A model generated the notes under the pieces. It saw only the letters and a list, made by a program, of their open reading frames with translations. It made no database searches and was not told where the DNA came from. Positions 1 to 9,210 of a DNA stretch of 34,704 bases are shown here, one piece after another. Numbering within the stretch: position 1 is the first letter of the stretch; the number at the start of each line of letters is the position of its first letter. This DNA is from Catajapyx aquilonaris (taxonomy: Eukaryota): positions 1-34,704 of the forward strand of contig KZ539065.1 of assembly GCA_000934665.2 (NCBI GenBank), read 5' to 3'. The position numbers and the translations under genes were made by a program.

Positions 1-54
1 CACGCGTCAGGATGAAAGGAACCTGTTAACTGGTTCCTTTCATCCTGACGCGTG
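1..54. repeat. Near-perfect palindrome, probably the centre of a foldback element cut by the window start
   Basis: cacgcgtcaggatgaaaggaacc (1-23) is the exact reverse complement of ggttcctttcatcctgacgcgtg (32-54); the spacer is tgttaact. Confidence 0.85.
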
Positions 55-290
55 GCTGCCCGCTCGACGCGATGGGACAATTCTTTTTGAACTGTTGATA
101 CACTGCAAAATCCAACCTGCAAGGGAACCTTTCAATGAAAACTTGAGATGCAATGTGCTCTACGTCTGCAGTAATGTTTTTCACCTACATTTTTGGATAT
201 GCTTAGTTTCAGCATTACTGAAGTGGTTTTGATTTTATGAGCATGTCACTGGCCCTGTTCCAGAGTGCATATTTTATGTTATGACACATA

Positions 291-450
291 CAGTGTTGGT
301 CATATATCGAGGCAATTGCCAGCGACATTTTCCGAAGCGGCAGAAGAAGGAATCGAAGATAAGGATACTTCAAGCCGGGCGAGCAAGATTATTTCTTCTG
401 CCGCTTCGTAAATTGTCGCTGGCGGTTGCCTCGATGTATGACCAACACTG
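291..450. mobile_element. MITE, Tc1/mariner-type (CAGT termini, TA target-site duplication)
   Basis: ~58-bp imperfect terminal inverted repeats: cagtgttggtcatatatcgaggcaattgccagcgac...gcggcagaagaa and ttcttctgccgc...gtcgctggcggttgcctcgatgtatgaccaacactg. Flanked by TA at 289-290 and 451-452. Confidence 0.85.
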
Positions 451-670
451 TACCATACACCTGTATTGTATATGACATACCTGCCCATGTACGATGTACT
501 GCAGTGATCTAGAGTCTAGACAGACCTGCAGATTCAAATGGATACCTGACTTGCATGACCCTGATAACCTTTTCACCTTCAATTGCTGTAATTACTACAC
601 GTAACTACTGTGAATGTCACGGATACCAGTTATGTGGCTCAAAGACAGAATGGGGTTTTAAAATAGTACA

Positions 671-676
671 TTTATT
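671..676 (-). terminator. Putative poly(A) signal of LDLR-like paralogue B
   Basis: AATAAA on the minus strand ~175 nt after the stop codon at 850-852. Confidence 0.55.
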
Positions 677-849
677 ACAGTTGTACACTACAAATCTAGT
701 GATGTGGAGACTAGAGGAGTTTGTGTTATGAGCTTGACTGAGTAGAATTGGTAGTGTTGCTCTGTTCTGTACTGACATATTTTGCCAGTAGGATGCAGCT
801 TTGAAGATAATTTTGTAGCCTCTTCCACAACAGACCTAGTTGTCTTCAC

Positions 850-3800
850 TTAGAGTGTCGTTCTTGATCCTTGATGGCGTCTGAGGTGGCGTGCATTACG
901 ATGATGCACCGTCACAAAGTAGATCTTGAATACAAGGTAAGTGCATTTTCCATTACCAACTTTTTCACATGGCAGAGTAGAAGGTAGTAAATCAGAAAAG
1001 TACTCACTGTCAGAGAACCAACTAGCGTTGCTGCAGCCAATGCAATCAATCCCACTGCTATTGGAACATTCATCCCCTCAGAATCCTCCGTGTCATTCTC
1101 TTGATGTTTTTGAATTCCTAGATATTTGTGGAGAAGGCAGTGATTAATTTCCTCCCTGAAACGATTAGTTTGCGGAAAACATACCAGTTTTATTTTTATC
1201 AGCATGTTTTTCAACTTCAAATTCAGGTAAGGTGTCTGTGGCATTTGTTGGAGATGTTGCCACCGTAACATTTGCGACGACATCCGCAATGCATATTTCG
1301 GGCGACTCGTCCTCCCCATTTGGGCATTCTTTTATCCCATTGCATACATTATCCCATGGAATGCAAGTGACGTTACACTGAAAGTCCGAAGGTGAACAGG
1401 GAACACCAGTGTTGCAATTCTGGCAACAAAAAATAGCGTACATATTATTGTATAGTATAGGGGTACTGTACATGTCTTCCTAAATGATGAAGGCTGCATT
1501 CCTGTAATGTGAACCCACTTGCGTTTGATGCACAGTACAGTACATTTTCATGCAAAACACAGGAAACTACCTGACACTTCATCCTGGAAAGTATGCCACA
1601 TTGCATCTTCGAACATTGGAAGTGCCATGCGGGTTGCCCTGATTAGTCAGGATTACTAGCATGTTCTTGGCCAAGATATCTCCCAGATCCCAGCGATAAG
1701 TGTTGTCGACGTACCGTATTGTTAACGCATTCTGGTTGACCTTCAGGTAGAGGCTTGACTGTAGGCTGGACTGGAGGCTGGATCGGAGGGTAGCAGATCC
1801 TGGCAAATTGGGCGTCGATAGCCGGGTTGCATCCCGTCTCGTCCGATCCGTCGTCGCAGTCCGAGGTCCCGTCGCAGACTTCCGTGCACTTCACGCACCC
1901 TCCAGACACGCAGGCAAACTGCCCCTTTCGACACACTTCTCTAGGTCAGTGTTACGTACTATGCACAATACATCGAGCAAGCTGATTCTTTGGCGAATGA
2001 ACCCTGACAATGTCAGTTCGCTTCTAGTGTGTACCTACTTGCGGGTCGAGTGCAGGTCCGTCCGTTGAGCCAGAGCTTGAGGTGGTCCGGACAGGTGCAG
2101 GTGGTCTTGCGAGATATGGACACGTCCTGGGGCGCTGGAAGGCACAGGTGGGAGCAGTACCCGTTCTTGTCGAAGCACTTGTTGTCCGCCATGGGCTGCA
2201 GGTACGGGTGGTACACCCGTACACCGTACGGGTACTGTCCTGCTTGAGACTGATTTTGAAAAGTAGGGGTTGGGTCACTGGAGAAAACTGGATGGACAGC
2301 ACCGAGGAAGATGACCACACAGGCTTACCGTCTTCCTGGCCGTAAGGTTGATCCGCTTGGCTCCGGTGAATTTGTCAGCGCCGATCAGCGACCTGGTGCC
2401 CCAGTCGGTCCAGTACACCGTGTCCTCGAACACTGCCAGGAAGGCGGGCGCGATGGAACCCTTGGCCACCACCATGCGTCGTTGTCCCTTCCAGTCGCAC
2501 GAGGAGATGGTCATGGTGGCCTGGTCCGCCCAGAAGATGCGCTTCATCACCACGTCCAGGGCCAGGCCCATGGGCAGGACAATGTCCGTGGAGACCATGC
2601 TCTGGTGGTTTGTGCCGTCCATACCGGCCTTCTCCAGCTGGGGGATGCTCCCTCTGGACGTCCAGAACATCCATCCTTCAGGTGGGTACACGACGATGTC
2701 CGCCGGGCTGTCGGTCTGGTCCTTGAGCAGGGTGGCTCGCTGGGTCCCATCCAGGTTGGACAGTTGGATGACACTTTCCATGCTGTTGGTCCAGTACAGG
2801 CGGTTGTAGATCCAGTCCACTGCCAGACCTGCGGCAGACACCGGGGAGGTGTCCGGACCACCAACCACGGCTGCCCAGGTCGTCTCACCGGAGCTCAGGT
2901 CAGTCCTGACCATCGTGGGAGTTACACAAAGAACCCGAAATTAGACAGTTTGCATCAAATAATGGACCGGGTTAATTTCTTCACTGACCTGTAAATCCCT
3001 TCGCGGAAGAGGTCTGACCAGTAGAGAACCCTGTTGGATAGATGGTAGTCGAGGGCTGCCACCCGGGCGTTGTGCTTTGAGACCAGGTTGATCACGCTCC
3101 CCGTTGTCATGTCCACTTGCTCCACGTTGTTGGAGTCTGAGTAAAGGATGATTGGCCTTCCATTGGCCGCCCTGCATCTGGTGGTGTCCTCCGGATCCGT
3201 CACGTAGTCATCGTAGCAGGAACACTCCACTTTCAGGAAGCTCTCCTGGCAAATCTGCGAGCATGTTCCTAGCACCTGGCAACCTGAGCATTGTCAGAGC
3301 CCTTCTCAAGTTATTTTTGGGCAGTCATCATGTAGATTTCGGAGATGTCAGGGAGAGTCGTGTAGGCTATATTTAACACTAATTTGGCTTAGTCATGAGC
3401 AGTGCCTAAGTGACTTGATAAAGTATAGCGAATGACACCGACAAACTCTTAATAGGTTGACCCTGTGCGAGCCAGAAGATGCAACCAAGGACACAACAGT
3501 ACAGTACTCAACCATTTTTGAAAATCACCCATTTTCTGTGTGGGTGCATTTTATATGCCCAAATGCATTTTACTTATTGGATTCATGGATTGATAATGAT
3601 ATGACGGTATTCAGTCTTTCTATCGGTGCCAGTGGAGCAAGATGGAATAATGATTTACGTGGAGCGAGGTTCAATTGGCGCCGAGAAAACCTCAGGTGAG
3701 CAGCACTGGACAAGGTGGGCCCATACCCTTGTCCCTTGACCTTTGCCTGACATAAATAAGGTACGTTAAATTTTCTCACCATGTATGCTCTTATTCAGCA

Positions 3801-4168
3801 GACCTTACTTTCCTATACATATACACAGGCTCAAGTATCATATTTTTTTCTGGTTTCTGCGAGTAATTCAGTGACACTGCTAAAACTTTTTTAAATGAAA
3901 CAGTTGACCTTATTGCTTTTGAAACAATGACAACTACTGAAAATATTACGCCTATTAGCTGGGAGAGCGAAAAATAAGTCAATAGTTAATAAATTCTGGT
4001 GGTATACCTCTTTCCGGTGAACGCCTCACACGACTTGACCTGTTCAATCTTCCAGTTGTTTCTGCAAGGAGTTCTGGATTTTAATACTTACTGACACTGT
4101 AAATAAGGCCATGACTAACCTTGAGCCAGGCAGGCGAGGAACGCAGCGAGTAAAATATACCTAATCAT
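850..4168 (-). CDS. LDL-receptor-family type I membrane protein, paralogue B (SP-EGF-YWTD propeller-EGF-LDLa-LDLa-TM-short tail), ~611 aa
   Basis: Exons (minus): 4120-4168 signal peptide MIRYILLAAFLACLAQ; 4008-4061; 2989-3283 EGF CQVLGTCSQIC...CSCYDDY...C plus LYSD/YWSD; 2329-2905 YWTN, FWTS, FWAD, YWTD; 2035-2249 EGF NGYCSHLCLPAP...CTCP; 1715-1940 LDLa CRKGQFAC...DCDDGSDE; 1185-1419 LDLa CSPSDFQC...CPNGEDE; 1008-1117 TM start VPIAVGLIALAAATLVGSLT; 850-924 IYFVTVHH...TTL*. All introns are GT-AG with compatible phases. Boundaries at 2249, 2035/1940 and 924 (AAG acceptor) are less certain. Confidence 0.88.
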
Positions 4169-4418
4169 AATTTTGTTGGATTAAACTAACTCGGGCGTAA
4201 GCTGTGCAGGTGACGGCCACTGACATTTTGACCAATCTTGTATACCAAAAACTGCTGCTTTTAGAATAAATTATGCACGAAATATTTAGATACAAGAATA
4301 ATGATTGTGTACACTAACAATGAAGCCCAGTTGCCTGGTGCCACGCGACACTCTCATTAGTTACCGTGGTCACGATTATTACAATGTGTTTATGTGCAAT
4401 TATATTCTGCTTGCTATA

Positions 4419-4514
4419 TGTACTATGGGCGCCAAAAGAATTGACCGGAGCTGTTGGGTATATGGCGCTATATACCCATCAACTCCGGTCAATTCTTTTG
4501 GCGCCCATAGTACA
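4419..4514. mobile_element. 96-bp spacerless palindrome / foldback MITE
   Basis: Arms tgtactatgggcgccaaaagaattgaccggagctgttgggtatatggc and gctatatacccatcaactccggtcaattcttttggcgcccatagtaca are reverse complements with 3 mismatches. TA flanks the ctatgg...ccatag ends. Confidence 0.85.
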
Positions 4515-4547
4515 AGATCAGTTGAGTCGGGCACAAATGCAAATGTG

Positions 4548-4810
4548 TGTTTTTATTTTTATTATTTAATTACCCCGATTCCACAGGGCAGAGTCCTTTA
4601 TATAGGGGGGACAAAACCCTCAGTATACAGTTACGGTATACAACACGGAATGAATAAATTACACAAAGTTACGGAAATCACTTTCAAAAATAAATTCTTT
4701 TTCTGACATTATCCAAAAATAATAATTTAATAAATGGAACGTCGCTTCCTTTTTCTTAAGCAGGTCCACCGCCAAAGAAAAATTGCCCTTGGAGGTGATC
4801 AAATGTGTTT
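4548..4810 (-). mobile_element. Possible 5'-truncated LINE 3' end
   Basis: The minus strand reads a short ORF-like remnant, then an AT-rich UTR-like stretch ending ...ggactctgccctgtggaatcggggtaattaaataataaaaataaaaaa (A-rich tail). No diagnostic reverse transcriptase motif is visible. Confidence 0.3.
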
Positions 4811-5057
4811 TAAATCACTCGAGTAGGCCTATAATACTACAAATACTGAGATTGACGCCTGTTATACAAAATATTCATCAGCTACGTTGTGTGAATATTT
4901 TGCAGCACTTCTGTGACTATATCAGTGAATCATACGAAAGTCCGAGTATAATCAGCGATATATTCCAGACTGTTTACAACATAGAATTTGCATCATATTA
5001 GGCAGGATCAAAATTACGAGTAAAATTGGAGTGGATAAATAACAGGCACGTAAACGG

Positions 5058-5063
5058 TTTATT
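5058..5063 (-). terminator. Putative poly(A) signal of LDLR-like paralogue A
   Basis: AATAAA on the minus strand ~70 nt after the stop codon at 5131-5133. Confidence 0.55.
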
Positions 5064-5130
5064 TGGAAGGTAAAAGTGACCGGAGACAGTGGTAGGGGAG
5101 AGCGAATTTGGCTACAGTGACATACTTTGA

Positions 5131-8127
5131 CTAATGAAATGCTGAGGAACAAGTGGAATCGTCCTCGTGATTGTGGAGGTATTCACATGACGAAACTGTA
5201 GGAGAAGGCTTGATGACAAGTTCCAGGACTGAACTGCTGGTTACGGAACCGGAACTGGGTGGCGATGGTGTCCACATGTCCCAAGTGGCACTCCGGTACC
5301 GACGCACCACGGACTGCTGCGCCAGTCTTCGGATTCTCTCCTGTCTCCTCCGTCGTGACACGAAGTATAACTAGAGTCAAATAGAATCACATTATCAGGC
5401 TCTATGTCCCAAAGGTGTATATTTATTAGGTCAACTTACGATGACAGATATTGTTGGTACGGCCAGTGCCAGAAACACCAGCCCCACTGCTAGCGGAACC
5501 TTATTGTTCTCGAGAAAGCTTGCTGATGCCATGTCGTTTTTCTCTTTGGGCGACCGACCTGTATCTGCGAGCGAATGAAGTTTATTAGTAGGGTGTGACT
5601 TTTGAGTGTCGTGGAGGCCATCGTTTGAAGTTTGCAGTAAAGGCTAGTAATGCTCTGCTATTCACATCCAAATGATGCCAGGGATGTCCCACTTTGGGTG
5701 GTACCAATTACCGAGATTCTGCTGTTCCTCTATTTGAAGCAAGGGTGCTGTACTAGTTGCAGGTGTAGTTGTAGGAATAGGTTCCACACCGACAGAGATG
5801 AAAGGATTTATCTTTCTGGTCAAGTTGGAGCATAATTGTGCGTATTCGTCCTCTCCGTGGGGACAGTCCTTCACCCCGTTGCACAGCTTGGTCAAAGGTA
5901 TGCATTTGGATCTGCACTTGAATTCCTTGGAGGAGCAAGGGCCTGCTGGGGGATCCTCAGGGCAACCCTGCGGTGCAGACATTGCGAAGTGCTTGTTAGA
6001 GGGTGTTCCTATATGCTAATATAGTTATCGGTGCTGTAAAACCCGCGCAGACTTTACCTTGGCGTGAGAGTGATTGGCACATGGACTTTCGGTGACCTCA
6101 GCCGGACAGGCTTGGATGATGGCGGGGTCGATGCCCGGATTGCAACCACTTTCATCCGAGCCGTCCTGGCAGTCGTTAATTCCGTTGCACACTTGGATGC
6201 ATTTGACGCAACCGCTCTGAACGCAACCGAACATACCCTTCTGACAACCTGAAAGTCAATCGGATTAAAAGAGAGGTTCAAACAATTTGTCCGATTATAA
6301 GAGCAGGCGCTGGTGTTGGTGGACACACCTGTGGGACGACAGCATGTGCGACCATTACTCCAGAGGGCCAGGTGGTCGGGGCACCAGCAGGAAGTCCGAG
6401 GGGCATCGATGGTGATGTAAGGGGCAGGGAGGCAGTGGTGAGAGCAGAATCCGTTGTTGTGCCGGCACATGTTATCCGCCGTGGGCTGCATGTACGGGTG
6501 GTACATCCGTACCCCGTACGGGTACGACACAGCCTGATCGGGGAGCTGTTGTGAATGTCATCGCTCTCTTGTTAGCTATAGTACATGGTGCTCCATATAA
6601 TGATTCAGATGAAATTGTATGCTCTGAAGGATCATTTAATGTTGACAAATGAACCCGGCAGTTTCTGGATCATTATGAAACACCCTGTACATGGCTGAAT
6701 CTGACAAGCAGGTTGATGTTGCAATTACTTACGGACGCCTTGTAAGTGGTAAGGCTGGTCTGCTTCATTCCGGTGAGCTTGTCTGCGAACATGACGCCTT
6801 TCCAGCCCCAGTCGCTCCAATATACCGAGTCCTCGAAGACTGCGAGGAACGCAGGCAGGATGGCAGATCCTCTGAGTACAATCTTCCGGTTAGCTCCGTC
6901 CCAATCGCAGGAGCCAATCACCTGTGTTTCCTGGTCTGCCCAAAAGAGCCTCCTCTGTACCAGGTCCAGGGCCAGACCCATGGGCAGGCGCATATCGGAG
7001 TTGATTAGCACCTGGCGTCTGCTACCGTCCATGCCCGCCCTTTCCACCTGAGGACGACTTCCTCGGCACGTCCAAAACATCCACCTATAAGTTGGACATG
7101 TCACTTTTTGTACAACGAGAGTGATTGCGCAATTTGCATACCCTTCCGGGGGGTACACCACGATGTCTGCCGGATTGTGCAGCTGGCCACCCATAAGGCT
7201 GCCCTTGTTGCTTCCATCCAGGTTGGAAAACTGGATGATTCCTTTGAGCAGGTCAGTCCAGTACAGGCGGTTGTAAACCCAGTCTACTGCCAAGCCCGCC
7301 GGGGACACTGGTTCAGAGTCTCGACCACCTACCACTGGTGCCCAGAAGGTTTCGCCTGTAGCCAAGGAGGTTCTGCCGGCCGCAAGACACTGCTTATAAA
7401 CCCGGCTCTATTATAGTACACACTGAATTCTCACCTGTATATCCCTTCCCGAAAGAGGTCCGCCCAGTAGAGGGTGCGGTAGGTGTAATGGTAGTCCAAG
7501 GCACCTATCCTGGAATTTTGCTTATACACTAGGTTTCTGACCACCCCGTTGGTCATGTCCACCTGCTCCACGTTGTTGGAGTCCGAGTAGAAGAGGATCG
7601 GGGTGCCTCTGTTGGCCTTGCATCGTTTGTTGTCGTTTGGATCCACCATGTAGTCATCGTAGCATGAGCATATAACTTCTGTTTCAGTCTCCTGGCAGAT
7701 CTGCGAGCATGTTCCCACCACCTGACAACCTAATGGGCATTTGAAGTACACTGTCTGATACGGCTGTTAAAATTTTTCACACATTGCTGTTTTTAAAAAG
7801 TGCGGAGTGACGTCACCTCTTTTGCTATTGCTATTGCAATTTGCTAATAATGACAACACTGGTGGGGCTATACTTGAGACCTTAATCGAAGTGTAGTAAT
7901 GCACACCATAATGGAATCAGTGATTTTAAACACTATGCGATATATGGACGATACCTTTTTCCTTGAGAGATCTCTTGATGCCTGCTGTCTCGTTCAAAGT
8001 AGCTGAAGATGCTGAAATATATTCAAATGATGTAAAGTTGGCAAGCATTAATGGAAGCTGAATCAGAGGCCTACTTACCCTGGAGGAGGCTACCGAAGGA
8101 CATGAGTAGGAGTATACTCTTAATCAT
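5131..8127 (-). CDS. LDL-receptor-family type I membrane protein, paralogue A (SP-EGF-YWTD propeller-EGF-LDLa-LDLa-TM-Ser-rich tail), ~670 aa
   Basis: Exons (minus): 8079-8127 signal peptide MIKSILLLMSFGSLLQ; 7955-8011; 7435-7729 EGF CQVVGTCSQIC plus FYSD/YWAD; 7142-7372 YWTD; 6733-7084 FWTC, FWAD, YWSD; 6329-6545 (alternative acceptor 6533) EGF NGFCSHHCLPAP; 6058-6248 LDLa; 5712-5967 LDLa plus Thr/Pro stalk; 5440-5564 TM start VPLAVGLVFLALAVPTISVI; 5131-5370 LYFVSRRRRQ...SAFH*. GT-AG introns with consistent phases; exons 1 and 3 have the same lengths (49 and 295 nt) as in paralogue B. Confidence 0.9.
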
Positions 8128-8964
8128 TTGTGTCTGAAGTGATTATCATTGATTTTATCCTCGAATATTCCCCGGCAGCGTTCGACTCATTTTCCTCCTA
8201 CCCACCTGCAGAAGCTGACTATAGGCTCAGAAGAGCTTCATTTGGGGGTAAAAACCAAAATATCCCGCTCTTGCAGCGGCGCTTCTTTGTTTACTGGCAT
8301 TTACTTGCAACAATCGGGCATTGTTGTGTGATGCCACGCAACACGCATCTAATGTCACATTGTAGCGTAGTATGGGAACCAGACAATGAATCGCTTCCTT
8401 GGTTTCTCATGCGGACACCCTGTGCTCAGTGTATATAGGAAGCAATAACTTTCACGTGCATGTAATATAGGCACTATTCCATCCGTACATAACTTGACCC
8501 TGTACACCTTGAAATGAGTCGATGAGAAGTGATGTAAAAATGATCGTGATGCTAAAAGCCCTTTTAGATGGGTCCAATATATAAGAGGGATGTGAATACT
8601 TTCTGGGGCTGCTTCAGGCTCATTACGGCCGCTTTTTATGAGTCGGAGCTTTTAGCGGGCGAGGCCCACCCAAGGGCCACTTATTTAGATAAGTGTATTT
8701 GCTATCGGGCTTTGTGATGCTGCTGCTGCTGATGCAAGGCTCCGCTGATTCGTACATCTCGATGCACTCCGATGCCCCATGAAGGCCAGGATACAGTCTG
8801 TGTTGCCGATTCTTTTCGCTGACATGTTCTTGTCCACATGGCTATCGTCGAATCGCATTTTCGTTGGAATATACAGTGTAACTTATTATCGAAGATCTGC
8901 GGCTCATTAATATGTGTTGACTAACAGTACGTGATCAGTCAGTAGCATACACATATATACGGGG

Positions 8965-9210
8965 TGTGTGTATAATGATGATAATATTATGCAATCGGGC
9001 ATGACACCACGCGTAAAAGATATAACTATACATATTATGACATGCTCATTCGCAATTGAGTGAAAAACTGGACACGTATGTTTATTGGACAAATTACACA
9101 TTACAAAAGTCTTTTTCAATTCAGAATGATGTTCTACACCTATAAGCGCATTGTCTTTGACGCATGGTATTATATCACTCTTATTGTATAGTATTATCAT
9201 TACAACGTGT
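8965..9210. repeat. Degenerate inverted repeat, probably an old MITE
   Basis: atgataatattatgcaat...acaccacgcgtaaaaga (from 8978) is similar to the reverse complement of tctttgacgcatggtat...attgtatagtattatcat (to 9200). The ends are not well defined. Confidence 0.45.

Noticed and set aside
2311..2994. 227-aa plus-strand ORF and other ORFs overlapping the YWTD exons (also 6691-7416)
   Set aside because: These are antisense or alternative-frame shadows of GC-rich coding exons, with no recognisable domain.
850..8127. A single large LRP or vitellogenin-receptor gene spanning both repeat units
   Set aside because: Each unit has its own signal-peptide exon, TM segment, stop codon and AATAAA, so two genes fit better.
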